Origin: Anaeromyxobacter sp.
GTDB lineage: Bacteria > Myxococcota > Myxococcia > Myxococcales > Anaeromyxobacteraceae
Direction of reading: 5' to 3'
Length of the DNA: 64,000 nucleotides
Assembly (NCBI GenBank): GCA_049840735.1
Contig: JASGJN010000014.1
Location: 160,001 to 224,000 of the forward strand
Shown here in pieces: positions 12,492 to 23,075 of the stretch. Under the pieces are notes generated by a model. That model did not search any database and had not been told where the DNA came from. It was given only the letters and a program-made list of their open reading frames with translations. A program made the position numbers and the translations under genes. Numbering within the stretch: the first letter of the stretch is position 1; each line of letters opens with the position of its first letter.

Positions 12492-12764
12492 TTACAGATC
12501 GCCCGACGACTGCATCACCTTGTCCCGCCAGTTCTCGCGGATCTTGATGAGGTTGGAGTGGTCCACCTTGCGGCGGGCCTCGACGTACTCGCCGTCCGGG
12601 CGCTTCAGGTCGCCCTCGATGGTGTCGTCCTCGAAGTTGATGACGGTCTTCTTCTCGTACTCGACCTTGGCGGGCGGCGCGTCCGCCGGCGGCGCCGGCG
12701 GGGGCGTCTGCGCAGCGGCGCCGAGCGGCAGCGCCAGGGCGGCCATGAGCAGGATCTTTCGCAT
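12492..12764 (-). CDS. gltF: GltF/CglF small secreted gliding protein
   Basis: MRKILLMAALALPLGAAAQ...YEKKTVINFEDDTIEGDLKRPDG...LIKIRENW; lies between gltE and gltG. Confidence 0.85.
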   Translation of the reverse strand: MRKILLMAALALPLGAAAQTPPPAPPADAPPAKVEYEKKTVINFEDDTIEGDLKRPDGEYVEARRKVDHSNLIKIRENWRDKVMQSSGDL

Positions 12765-12841
12765 CGTCGAGCCCTCGTCCTCCGGTGAGCTTACCACCCG
12801 CCCCGCCAGCCCCGTGAGCCGGCCCCTCGCCGCGCCCGGGA

Positions 12842-14197
12842 TCATGGCTTCTTCCCCTGCGGCGCGGCGGGCGCGTCCGGCTCGGTGGGCAGCGGCACCG
12901 CCGGCGGCAGCGCCAGCGGGTCCTCCTCGGCGGCGGGCGCCGGCCTGGCCGCTGCGCCCGGCGCGGCGGCCTTCTTCTGGTCGGCCTGCTGCTGCAGCTG
13001 CCTGGCCGCCTCCAGCGCCTTCCGGTTCTCCGCCAGGATGCCCTCGCACTCCCGCTCCAGCTTGAGCACCTGGGAGTCGGTGGTGGCCATGGGGCCGGCG
13101 GCCTGGCGGTACTTGCGGAACTCCACCAGCGCGGGCTCGCACTCCTCCTTCACCCGCATGAAGAGGACGCCGCGCGCCAGGTTCACCTCGGGCAGCCGGC
13201 CGGCGCCCGCCTGCTCGGCCCTGGCCAGCGCGGCCAGCGCCGGGTCGGCCTCGCCCAGGTGGCGGTAGGCCACGCCCAGCGCCAGCTGCACGGCGGCGTC
13301 GTCCGGCGCGTCCTTCTGCAGCGCCTGCCCCTGCTCCACCACCGCGCTCCAGCGCTGCGCCTGCAGCGCCGCGGAGAGCAGCGCGTAGCGGGCGGGCAGG
13401 TGGTGGGGATCGAGCGCCAGCGCCTTGTTCCACTGCGCCGCCGCGCCCGCGTCGTCGCCGCCCTTGTCCAGCGCCTGGCCCATCAGGAAGGCCAGCTCGG
13501 GATCGTTCGCCTCGACCTTCTGCGCGCGGAGCACCAGCAGGCGGGCCAGGTCGCCCTGGTCGCGCCGCAGCGCCACGCGGGCCATGACCCGGTACGCGCC
13601 GGTGGCCCGGGCGTCGCGGAGCAGCGCCTCGCGGGAGAGGCGCCAGGCCTCGTCCAGCTGGCCGGACTCGAGGTAGAGCGCGGCCAGCCGCTCGCGCGCG
13701 CGGCCGTCCTCGGGGAAGTCGCGCACCACGCCGGCGTAGGCGGCCTGGGCCAGGTGCGCGTCGCCGGTCTTCTCGGTGAGCACCGCCAGGTTGAGCGAGG
13801 CCTGGCGCAGCGAGGGCTTCACCTGCCGGGCCCGCTCGTACTCGGCGCGGGCCTCGGCCAGCCGCCCCTGCCCCTCGAGCGTCACGCCCAGGTTGAAGCG
13901 GGCCTCGGGGATCTCGCTGGCGTCCAGCACGGCGCGCCACTTGCGCTCCAGCAGGACCCAGTCGGTGGGGACCTTGAGCTTGCGCTGGTCGGCCTCGGCC
14001 TGGACCGCCTCGGCGAAGAGCCGCTCGGCGCGGGCCGAGACGACCTCGGGGGCGGCGGCCGGCGCGGGGGCGGCGCCCGCCTTGGCGCCGGGCCTGGCCG
14101 CGGCGGTGGCCTGACCCCTGGGCGCGGCGCCGCCGCCGGCGCAGGCCAGGGTGGCCGCCAGCAGCAGCGTGGAGATGGAGATCCGGCGCGTGGTCAC
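12842..14197 (-). CDS. gltE: GltE/AglT TPR lipoprotein
   Basis: GTG start overlapping the gltD stop (GTGA), lipobox LLLAATLAC, TPR repeats. Confidence 0.8.
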   Translation of the reverse strand: MTTRRISISTLLLAATLACAGGGAAPRGQATAAARPGAKAGAAPAPAAAPEVVSARAERLFAEAVQAEADQRKLKVPTDWVLLERKWRAVLDASEIPEARFNLGVTLEGQGRLAEARAEYERARQVKPSLRQASLNLAVLTEKTGDAHLAQAAYAGVVRDFPEDGRARERLAALYLESGQLDEAWRLSREALLRDARATGAYRVMARVALRRDQGDLARLLVLRAQKVEANDPELAFLMGQALDKGGDDAGAAAQWNKALALDPHHLPARYALLSAALQAQRWSAVVEQGQALQKDAPDDAAVQLALGVAYRHLGEADPALAALARAEQAGAGRLPEVNLARGVLFMRVKEECEPALVEFRKYRQAAGPMATTDSQVLKLERECEGILAENRKALEAARQLQQQADQKKAAAPGAAARPAPAAEEDPLALPPAVPLPTEPDAPAAPQGKKP

Positions 14198-17100
14198 GGG
14201 AGCAGGTCCTCGTCCTCGCCGCCGCCCTTCTTGCGGGCGGGCAGCGGCTGATCGGCGTCGGGGGTCCGGCGCTGCGGGTCGTTGACCGCGCCGTTCTCCT
14301 GCTGCGGGCCGGCGGGCGCGGTGCCGGCCGCGGGCTTCACCCGCAGCGGCGGCAGGTTGGGGGCGGCGGCCGAGGCGGCCTTGCGCGGCGGCGGCACCGG
14401 CTGGACCGCGGCCAGCAGGCCGTAGCCCACCGGGGCCGAGACCTGGGCCGGCGCCTTGAGCGGCGGGATCACCTCGGGCGAGGGGCCGTAGGCCTCCGGC
14501 TTCACCTTCACCAGGAGCGCGGTGGCCTGCTTGGAGCAGGCGTTCGAGACGCCGTAGTCGCGCGAGGCGCGCACCGCCAGCTCGAAGCCCTCGACCGCCT
14601 TCTGCTCCAGCGGGTCGGCCAGCTGGGCCAGCTGGTTCCGGTACTCCTCCACGTAGGCCTGGTTCTTCCGGATCTCCTTGGGGATGGGCGCGTCGTAGAG
14701 CGACTGGGCGAAGCGCCGGTAGCCGAAGCCGATCCGGTAGAGCGCGCAGATCGACGGCTCGGCCTGCTTGAGCTTGGTGACCTCGCGGTAGGCGCCCTCC
14801 AGCCTCACCCACTTCTTGCCCTTGTTCTGCAGCACCCACTTCATGTCCTGCGGCCGCACGTCGAGCGAGATCCTGTCCCAGGCCGCGAAGTCGGGCTCCA
14901 GCTCCTCGTACATGGCCTGGGCCACCGGGGCCAGGCCGCGGTCCTTCACCTTGCCCGGCGCGCGCCGGTAGGTGGCCAGCGCCTCGGCGTAGGCGCGGCG
15001 GGCCGCCGGGCCGTTGCCGGCCTTCTCCTGGCGGCGGGCGATCCGGTCCTGGATGGCCAGCCACTCGTCCGGATCCCGGGCGTACTTCTGCTGGTAGTCG
15101 GCCAGCTGCTTCAGCTCCTTCGAGGCCTGGCCGCGCTTCGCGTAGACGTCGGCCAGCCCGAGGAAGAGCCGCGGGGCCTCCTCGCCGCCGGGCCAGGCGT
15201 CCAGGTAGGCCTCGCTGTCGGCCTCGGCCTTGGCCCACTCGCGCAGCCCGGCGCGGAACAGCGCCGCGTTGATGATGGCGTCGCGGGCCTTCTTCTCGTC
15301 CCAGGTCGGCTTGCCGGCGGCCGGGGCGGGCGCGGCGGCGGCCGCCTTGCCCTTCTTGCCCCTGGCGGGCGCGGCCTTGGCGGCCGGGGCCGTGGCGCGG
15401 CGCCACTCCTGGAAGTACCGCTCGTAGCGCTCGGCGGCCTCGCCGAAGTCGCCGATGGTCTCGTAGGCCTCGGCGTTGTCGTAGACGCACTGGGCGGCCA
15501 GCGGCTCGCGCGGGTAGCGCTGCATGAACTGGTCGCGGATGTCCATGGCGCGGTCGAGCCGGCCGGCCCGCACCTGGTCCACCGACGCGTTGTAGAGCGC
15601 GGTGGGCGCCAGCGCCGACTGCGGCCAGTCGCGGGCGAAGGCCAGGTACTCGTCGGTGGCCGCGTCCCAGTCCTTGGCGCGCTCGCGCTCCTCGATCACC
15701 TTGAACGCGCTGCCCTCGATGATGCGGGTCAGGTCGTCCTTCAGCTCGGGGTGGGCGGCCAGGAGCGCGCGGTTGCCGTAGAACCGCTTGGCCCAGCCGT
15801 TCACGTTGCGCCAGTCGCCCAGCAGGTTGTAGGCGTCCAGCACCAGGTTGGTGGCGTAGCCGGCCAGCCGGTGCTCGGGGTGGTCGAGCGCGATGCGGGT
15901 GTAGAGGTCGGTGGCCTTCGCGAAGTCGTTGTGCCGGTAGTAGAGGTCGGCGGCCATGTAGGCCACCTCGACCCACTTGTCCCCGGCCGGCTGCCACTTG
16001 AGGTAGCGCTCGCAGGCCTCGACCAGCTTCTGCCGCTCCGGCGCCATGGGGACGCGCTTCTGCGGATCGCCGGCGGCCGGGACGGGCAGCTTCTTGGCCA
16101 CCACGTCGTAGGCGAAGACGGCGTTCTCCAGCGCGTCCTTGAAGAACTTGCCCGGCTTGCGCGCCGGCTCGCCCGGCTTCGGCGCCGGGGCGTCGGTGTC
16201 CACCAGCGCCACCCGGTCGTACTCGGCGCCGGCGGCCTGGAACTGGCCCAGGGCGTAGAGCAGCTCGGCGTGGAAGAACCGCAGCTCGTAGGCGGGCGGC
16301 TCGTTGGGGAAGACCTCCAGGTAGTCCTGGTAGACGGCGGCGGCGTACCCGGCCACCGGCTCGTCGCGCGTCTTCTTCCACTCGTTGTGGTACTGCACCG
16401 CCAGGATGCGCAGCGTGCGCTCGGCGTCGGCGCGCGCGTCCGCGATGGCCTTGGCGTTCTTCGGATCCTTGCCCTCGGCCGACTCCTCGAATCTGCCGGA
16501 GCATGCGGACGAAGACGTGCGCCTGGGCCACCGCCGCGTCCTTGCGCCCCATGCGGCCGGCGCAGGTCACGATGCGCGACTGGAAGAAGGGCGCCTCGAC
16601 CGAGAGCGGCTTCTCGCGGATCAGCCGCGCGTAGACCAGCACCGCGTCGCGATCCTTGCCCTCCTCGAAGTAGAGGCCGGCCAGGGTCTTCAGCATCTCC
16701 CACCAGCCGGTCTCGCCGCCCACGCGCTTGAACTCGTCGTAGGCCTGCTCGGCCTGGCCCACGTGGCTGTAGGTGCGGACGTAGTCCTTCCGCGCCTCCT
16801 TCACCAGGGCCAGCTTCTTCTCCTTGGGCACGGTGGAGTTGGGGTTCTCGCCCAGGAAGATCACCGAGCGGAACAGCTCCAGCGCCTCGCTCCAGTTGCC
16901 GAGGTTGTAGTGGACCCAGCCCTGCTTGTAGAGCGCGTAGCCGTAGACCGAGCTCTCCTGGTGCTCCGCCGCCTGGCGGTACGACTCCAGCGCCCGACCC
17001 AGGTTCTCGGTCCGCTCGTGCTTGTTGGCCCGCTCGAAGTAGTACTCGCCGAACGCCATCCAGGAGTCCGGGACGTAGGGCGAGGCCGGGTAGCGCTTGA

Positions 17101-17734
17101 TGAGCGCGCGGAAGGCCTGCAGCGACTCGGGGTCGTTCCGGTCGCGCTTGCCCAGGTTCTGGCCGAGGAAGAACAGCACCTCGTCCATGCGCGGGTACTT
17201 GGGGAAGCGCTGGATGATGGCCTTGTAGAGCGCGATGGCCTGGTCCTGCAGCCGCTTCTGCTCGCCCTCCAGCTGCCGCTTCTCCGCCTGGAGCCGGTCG
17301 ATCTCCCGCGGGTCGCCGCGGGTGCCCAGCTCGATGAGCTTGTCGTCGCGCCGGTTGGCCTCGAAGAAGAAGTACTGCGACTCCTCCCACTGCAGCTCGG
17401 CCAGCCGGTAGTACCACTGCGGCGTCTCCTCCGCGGAGCCGCCGCCCAGCTGGATCAGCTTCTGCAGGCTGGCGATCTCCTCGCGCCGCTTGCCCGAGAT
17501 GTCGAACTCGACGTTGCGCCGGAAGGACTCGAAGTCGAGCGCCGGGCCGCCCGCCGCGGCCGGCTTCCTGGCCGCCTGCAGCGAGCCGCCCAGGGCCGCG
17601 TCGGGGGCCACCGAGCGCTTCTCACCCAGGCCTGCCGCCTGGGGGGCCGGCCGGGCCGGCGCAGGGGCCGCGCCGCGCGCCGGTGCGGCCGCGAGCGCCA
17701 GGAGGACGGCGCCGAGCGAGACGACACGACACAT
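14194..17734 (-). CDS. gltD: GltD/AgmU TPR protein; apparent frameshift at 16489-16493
   Basis: Signal peptide and two TPR clusters. The N-terminal part of ORF 12842..17734 joins ORF 14194..16398 as LRQIEESAEGKDPK when GATC is restored. Confidence 0.85.
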
Positions 17735-17761
17735 GCTGTGAATCCTCTCTAGGCGCCCGCG

Positions 17762-19699
17762 CTAGCGGGACGCCGACGGCGCCTGCTGCGACCTGGGCAG
17801 GCAATCCTTGCAACCGCGCGTGAGGGTGTACGAGTAGGTCCCGAGCTCGTCGCGCCAGAACTCGCCCTCGTAGGGCCAGTAGAGGTGCTCGTCGGACACC
17901 GCGTGCGAGTACTTGAGGTCGCGCACCACCTCCACCTGGCTGCCGGTGGCGAGCGAGCCCTCCAGGGCCTCGCGCTCCTTGCGCGAGACCTCGATCTGGA
18001 TGCGCAGGGCCTGGGCCAGGAGCGTGCGCAGCGCGTCGCGCTGGTACTCCAGCGTGGCGCGGGCGCGGGCGCCGGCCTCCTCGACCATCCCGGCCTTCTC
18101 GGCGGCCAGCTCCCCCTGGAGCCGGCGCGCCAGCAGGCTGTCGCGGAACTCCTTGCGCCGCCCGCCGATGCCCTCGTCCATCTCCTGCTCCACCTCGGCG
18201 ATGGACTCGGAGAGCAGCCGGACGTTCTGGTCGGTGAAGGCCAGCTTGCGGATCTTCCGCTCCAGCGCGCTCCCCTGGGCGGCGGCGGCCAGCAGCTCGT
18301 GGTAGCTGGCCGGCGGCCGCGGCGAGGCGGTGATGCGGGTCAGCTCGTCGTAGACCGGCTCGTAGAGGCCGGAGAAGGTCTCCAGCACCAGCCGCGCCTC
18401 GGGGTAGCGGCAGTTCTCGTAGTAGACGATGGCCTTGAGGACGTAGGACTCCGGGAAGTACTCGTCCTTGAAGTAGGGCGACTGCAGCGTGAGCAGGTTG
18501 CCCAGCGTCTTCTCGTAGTCGCCCACGCGGTAGTAGGCGTAGGACGCCTCCCACAGCCCCTCCAGCCAGCTCTCGCCGCCCCAGGGCATCTTCCCGTAGT
18601 AGAAGATGGCGTAGCGGTTCTGCCGGTTCTGGTAGTGGATGCGGGCCAGCTGCAGGAAGGCCAGCTCGCGCAGCTCCGGGTCGGCGGGCCGCCCGCGCTT
18701 CGGGTTGGTGAGCCGCACCACCTCCTTGAACTGCTCGGTGGCGCCGGCGTCGTCCCCCTCGGCGTAGCGGACCAGGCCGTCCAGGAAGCGGGCCTTGGCG
18801 TAGGGATCGCCGTGGGCGGCGGGGGCGCGGTCCCCGCTGCCCGGGGCCGGGGTGCCGCCGTCGCGCACCAGCGAGGCCAGCCGCTGGGCCTCCGCCCAGG
18901 CGCTGCGGGCCTCGCCGCCGCGGCCGGCGTCGAAGAGCGCCCGGCCGCGCTCGAACTCGTACTTGGCCAGCAGGAAGTGGAAGCGGTCCTCGTAGCCGGG
19001 CGGGAAGGCGGAGGCGCCGTGGCGCGCGATGCGCGCCAGCAGCGGCTGCTCGTTCCGGAGCCGCGAGCCGACCGAGAAGATCCACTCCAGCGAGGAGCCG
19101 TAGTAGCGCGAGCCCTGCGGGCCGCGGTCGAGCACCTGATCGAAGGCGGCCAGCGCCGAGTGCTTGAGGCCCAGCTGCGCCAGCGCCTTGCCCAGCTGGT
19201 AGCGGGCCTCGTCGTGCGCGGTGGTGAGCGACGGATCCCGCAGGATCTCGTCGAAGGCCATGGCGGCCGTCTCCCAGGCCTTCTCGTCCATCAGCTTCTT
19301 GGCCGCGTCGAGCCGCTCCTTGGCGGCGCCGCTGGCCTTGCCGAGATCGAGGCCGGGCATGACGGCGGCGTCGTCGCGCGGCGGCTTGCGCGGCGCGGGG
19401 GCCGCGGTGGCCGGCGGCGGGGGCGGCGGCGGCGCGGCCTGCGGGGCCGGGGTGGCCGGCGCGGCCGGGGGCGTCTGCGCCGAGGGCGCCGGGGCCGGCT
19501 GCTTCTTGGCCGGGGCCTTCTTCGCCGGGGCCTTCTTCGGCGCCGGCTTGGCCGCCGGCTGCTGCTGCGGCGGCGGGGTCAGGTCGATGCCGAGCTGCGC
19601 CTGGGCGGCCGGCGCAGCCAGGAGGACGGCGGCCGCCACGGCCAGCAGCGGGAGGCGCCGGAGCGGGGTGGACGGCGAGGGGTCGTGCGCGCGCGCCAT
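17762..19699 (-). CDS. gltC: GltC periplasmic TPR gliding protein
   Basis: Signal peptide, Pro/Ala-rich linker, TPRs, C-terminal YWPYEGEFWRDELGTYSYTL motif. Confidence 0.85.
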   Translation of the reverse strand: MARAHDPSPSTPLRRLPLLAVAAAVLLAAPAAQAQLGIDLTPPPQQQPAAKPAPKKAPAKKAPAKKQPAPAPSAQTPPAAPATPAPQAAPPPPPPPATAAPAPRKPPRDDAAVMPGLDLGKASGAAKERLDAAKKLMDEKAWETAAMAFDEILRDPSLTTAHDEARYQLGKALAQLGLKHSALAAFDQVLDRGPQGSRYYGSSLEWIFSVGSRLRNEQPLLARIARHGASAFPPGYEDRFHFLLAKYEFERGRALFDAGRGGEARSAWAEAQRLASLVRDGGTPAPGSGDRAPAAHGDPYAKARFLDGLVRYAEGDDAGATEQFKEVVRLTNPKRGRPADPELRELAFLQLARIHYQNRQNRYAIFYYGKMPWGGESWLEGLWEASYAYYRVGDYEKTLGNLLTLQSPYFKDEYFPESYVLKAIVYYENCRYPEARLVLETFSGLYEPVYDELTRITASPRPPASYHELLAAAAQGSALERKIRKLAFTDQNVRLLSESIAEVEQEMDEGIGGRRKEFRDSLLARRLQGELAAEKAGMVEEAGARARATLEYQRDALRTLLAQALRIQIEVSRKEREALEGSLATGSQVEVVRDLKYSHAVSDEHLYWPYEGEFWRDELGTYSYTLTRGCKDCLPRSQQAPSASR

Positions 19700-19701
19700 G
19701 G

Positions 19702-20520
19702 TCACTGCACCGGTCGGTTGTTGAACGGGAAGAAGAAGGACACGCCCAGCTCGAGGAAGAGCTGGTTCTGCAGGTCCTTGTAGGCGCCGCCGCCGTCCTG
19801 CCAGTTGGGCACCTCGACCTGGTAGATGTAGTCCTTGAACTCGGCCCGGACGGCGCCCCACTCCGAGAACCAGAAGCGGGCGCCCACGCCCACGTGGCCG
19901 CCGAAGGTGCTGGTGCTGCCGGGCGAGCCGCCGGAGGCCGCCAGGGCCTCGGCTTCGCTGGCCGAGACCACGCGCCGGTAGGAGATCCAGTCGGCGCCGG
20001 CCAGCAGCGAGAGGTCGAAGTGGCCGACCTTCTCCGAGAACATGTTGAGCTTGCCGTAGACCGGCGACCAGGCGACCTCGAGGCCGCTCATGAGGTCGAT
20101 CTCGCCCGGCACCTGCCAGAGCTGCTCCTTGCTGGCCGGCTCGCAGCCGCCGTTGGACGGGCAGACGGTGGTGGAGCCGGTGGTGCTGGTCATGCCGCCC
20201 GCCGCCGTGCCGTGGAGCGACAGGTACTCGGTGAAGTGGTAGCCGACCTTCAGGCCGCCGAAGTACTTGTTGTAGAAGGCGTCGTTCAGCGACAGGTTGC
20301 CGGTGAGCGAGGTCTCCCAGCGCCCCGCCTTGCGGAAGAGCGCGGCCGAGACCGGCGGGATCTTGCCGGCGAAGGCGTCGGACTTGCTCTGGGCGGCGGC
20401 CGGGCGCGGGGCGAAGGCCAGCGCGGCAAGGAGCGCGGACGCGGCCAGGACCAGGGAGGCGGAGCGCGAGGCCGGGCGGCGCCAGGGGCGCGCGGCGGGC
20501 GCGGGAGCGGGTCGCGTCAT
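19702..20520 (-). CDS. gltA: GltA-like outer-membrane beta-barrel
   Basis: SLNDAFYNKYFGG motif and beta strands; the A/B assignment rests on the K-B-A-C gene order. Confidence 0.7.
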   Translation of the reverse strand: MTRPAPAPAARPWRRPASRSASLVLAASALLAALAFAPRPAAAQSKSDAFAGKIPPVSAALFRKAGRWETSLTGNLSLNDAFYNKYFGGLKVGYHFTEYLSLHGTAAGGMTSTTGSTTVCPSNGGCEPASKEQLWQVPGEIDLMSGLEVAWSPVYGKLNMFSEKVGHFDLSLLAGADWISYRRVVSASEAEALAASGGSPGSTSTFGGHVGVGARFWFSEWGAVRAEFKDYIYQVEVPNWQDGGGAYKDLQNQLFLELGVSFFFPFNNRPVQ

Positions 20521-21350
20521 GGGTGGACGTACTCGAAGGTCGTGGGGAAGAAGAACGAGAAGCCCACGTTGGCGCAGAAGACCTTCTGCACCGTGCCCGG
20601 CACCGACTCGATGGGCTGGTCCGGGTAGAGCGTGGCGTTGAGCCCGAGCTCGAAGGCCAGCCACTCCTTCGGGTAGAAGCGGACGCCGCCGCCCAGGTCG
20701 GTTGCGATGTGGGGCCCCTCGTTCCGGGGCGAGCCGCTGGTGGCGGTCCAGACCGCGCCGAAGCCGGCCGACAGGTACAGGTCGAAGTGGATGATGTTCT
20801 TCCCGAGGAAGGACGCCTTGCCGTAGATGGGGGACCAGACGCCGTCCAGCATCACCAGCTGGTCGATCTGCGAGTTGAGCAGCTGGCTCTGGAACGCCAG
20901 CTTGCCCTCGCGGACGTTGTCGGTGCGGTAGGGCGTGAAGTACGTGCCCCGGACCGCCAGCGCGAAGCTGTCCTGGAGGCTGTAGGCCAGCCGCAGGCCG
21001 CCGCCGAACTTCTGGTAGAAGGCGTCGTTCACCGACACGGACAGCTGCGGCGCGACCTCGAAGCGGCCGCGCTTGATGAAGCCCTTGCGCTGGACCGCCT
21101 TCACCTTGTCGCCCAGGGCCACGTCCTGCTCGGAGAAGGGCTGCCCGCCCGCGGCGGGGGCCTTCTGCTCCGGAGCCGGCTGGGCCGTCTTGGGCTGGGA
21201 GAGGTCGATGGGCGCAAGCTCCCCACCTTCCCCTGCAGGCTTCGACTCCGGGGTGGCCGGCTGTGTCAGATCGATGCCTGGCAGCTCCTGGGCGACGCCC
21301 GCAAGCGGGGTCACGGCGAGCAGCAAGGTCATGGAGAGCAGTATTCTCAT
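20517..21350 (-). CDS. gltB: GltB-like outer-membrane beta-barrel
   Basis: VKAVQRKGFIKRGRFEV...SVNDAFYQKFGGG; paralog of the neighbouring gene; ATGA overlap. Confidence 0.7.
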   Translation of the reverse strand: MRILLSMTLLLAVTPLAGVAQELPGIDLTQPATPESKPAGEGGELAPIDLSQPKTAQPAPEQKAPAAGGQPFSEQDVALGDKVKAVQRKGFIKRGRFEVAPQLSVSVNDAFYQKFGGGLRLAYSLQDSFALAVRGTYFTPYRTDNVREGKLAFQSQLLNSQIDQLVMLDGVWSPIYGKASFLGKNIIHFDLYLSAGFGAVWTATSGSPRNEGPHIATDLGGGVRFYPKEWLAFELGLNATLYPDQPIESVPGTVQKVFCANVGFSFFFPTTFEYVHP

Positions 21351-21516
21351 TCGTCGCGTCCCGCGTCTTTGGGGCATCGTAGCCAAAGCCCGGCGGAGGA
21401 GCAACGGACCGCCCCGCGCCAAAATGGACGTGATGGCGCGGCTGTAGGGTGATGTGACTTCACCTGGAGCGTTCCTTGTCGCGCCGCCGGCCGCGTGCTA
21501 ACCATGCAGTTGGACC

Positions 21517-21957
21517 ATGGTACGTGCGATCCGGATCAAGCTGGCCCTCGCGCTCGCCCCCCTTCTGCTGGCCGCAGCCTGCCAGAAGCCGGACGTCGGC
21601 GCTCGCTGCAAGCTCGCGTGGAACCAGAACTGGGAGCAGGAAGGCACGCTCCCGCCCCCCACGCCCACCACCGCCGCCGGGGACTACTTCGAGTCCGGCA
21701 ACATCGGCTGTGACGACCTGGTCTGCATCGTCTCGCCCGCCGAGGCCGGCTCCAAGTACGGCGACTGCTCCGGCGACAGCTGCGGCTACTGCTCCAAGCC
21801 GTGCGTCTCGGACAAGGACTGCTACAAGTCCGAGACGGGCCTGGTCTGCGACTACATCCTGCCCGACCCGGCCTTCGTGGCGGGGCTGGACGAGGAGACG
21901 CGGGCCCGGTACCTGGCCGACATCGAGGCCACCCGCTACTGCGTCGTGCCGCGGTGA
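21517..21957 (+). CDS. gltK: Cys-rich gliding lipoprotein GltK/CglC (AgmO)
   Basis: Lipobox LAAAC, multiple cysteines, divergent from gltB. Confidence 0.8.
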   Translation: MVRAIRIKLALALAPLLLAAACQKPDVGARCKLAWNQNWEQEGTLPPPTPTTAAGDYFESGNIGCDDLVCIVSPAEAGSKYGDCSGDSCGYCSKPCVSDKDCYKSETGLVCDYILPDPAFVAGLDEETRARYLADIEATRYCVVPR

Positions 21958-22424
21958 TCGCGCCGCGCCGCGGCGCCGCTGCGGTCCTGCTGCTCCTCGC
22001 CTCCTGCGCCAGCTCGGGTCCGGCCGAGCCGGTGGAGCCGCTGCAACGCGGCAAGGTGACCATCACCACCGCGGCCGGCCAGGTCCACACCGTCTCCGTC
22101 GAGATCGCGCGCACCCCCGCCCAGCGCGCCCGCGGCCTCATGTTCCGCACCCGGCTGGAACGGGACGCGGGCATGATCTTCCTCTTCGAGGCCAGCGAGC
22201 CGCACGGATTCTGGATGAAGAACACCCTCATCCCGCTCGACCTGGTCTACCTGTCCGAGGACGGCCACATCCTGGCCATCGTCGAGAAGGCCGAGCCGGG
22301 GTCGCTCACCGCCCGCGATGGGGGCGTGGACAGCCGCTACGTGCTCGAGGTGAACGGCGGCTGGTGCAAGGCCAGCGGCGTCGGCGTCGGGGACCGGGCG
22401 AGGTTCGAGGGCGTGCTGTTCTGA
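21954..22424 (+). CDS. DUF192 family lipoprotein
   Basis: VEIARTPAQRARGLMFR...GMIFLF...FWMKNTLIPLD...YVLEVNGG; GTGA overlap with gltK. Confidence 0.85.
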   Translation: MIAPRRGAAAVLLLLASCASSGPAEPVEPLQRGKVTITTAAGQVHTVSVEIARTPAQRARGLMFRTRLERDAGMIFLFEASEPHGFWMKNTLIPLDLVYLSEDGHILAIVEKAEPGSLTARDGGVDSRYVLEVNGGWCKASGVGVGDRARFEGVLF

Positions 22425-22539
22425 GCTGACAAGGCTGCGCGCTGCGCTGCCCCGGCGGACAGCGCGACCGTCTGCGGCGAGCAGGGGGCTGGCGGCCACA
22501 TGGCTCGGGTGCTCGGCCACCGAGGCCGCGACGAGCACG

Positions 22540-22613
22540 CCTTCGACTCCGCGGTGCATTCACCCGTTCGGGCTGAGCGCAGCGAGCCCGCAGGGCTCGC
22601 GGAGTCGAAGCCC
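22540..22613. repeat. REP-like element: truncated + half (22540-22552) and full - copy (22563-22613)
   Basis: CCTTCGACTCCGC ... CCCGTTCGGGCTGAGCGCAGCGAGCCCGCAGGGCTCGCGGAGTCGAAGCCC. Confidence 0.85.
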
Positions 22614-22632
22614 AGGGCTCGGGTCGAGGGCC

Positions 22633-22998
22633 TCAGCCCTTCCTGAGCAGCTTCCTCGCCACCAGCGGCCCCAGGCTCTCCTGCATCAGGGCCTCCACGG
22701 TGGACTCGAACTCGGCCCGGCTCGCCTCGTCGCTCCAGACGAAGCGGATGCCCATGCCGGCCTCGTCCGGGCCGGCGCTGGCGTGCACCACCTCGCCGTT
22801 CAGCTCGAACGGCGTGGGGCGCCCCGGCACGGTGAGCCTGAACAGGAAGCGCGTGCCGATGGGCAGCGTCTTCTTCGACTTGATGAAGGTGCCGCCCTTC
22901 GAGATGTTCTTCGTGTAGTCGGCGAAGAAGCTGTTGAGCTTCTTGTAGTCGACCTTCAGGTTGATGGGCGCGCGGCCGTGCTCCCGGTTCTCCGGCAT
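22633..22998 (-). CDS. Myxobacterial PilZ-domain protein (TIGR02266-like)
   Basis: ENREHGRAP (RxxxR), NISKGGTFI, GEVV, GMGIRF. Confidence 0.85.
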   Translation of the reverse strand: MPENREHGRAPINLKVDYKKLNSFFADYTKNISKGGTFIKSKKTLPIGTRFLFRLTVPGRPTPFELNGEVVHASAGPDEAGMGIRFVWSDEASRAEFESTVEALMQESLGPLVARKLLRKG

Positions 22999-23075
22999 CG
23001 GCGGGCATGTTATCCCGTCGCCCTCGGCAGCGGGTAGTTCCCCCCGGTTTCCGATATCGCCCGAGGCGCCCCACC

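Noticed and set aside
12842..17734. 1630-aa ORF suggesting a GltD-GltE fusion
   Set aside because: Produced by the frameshift at 16489; gltE has its own start codon and lipobox
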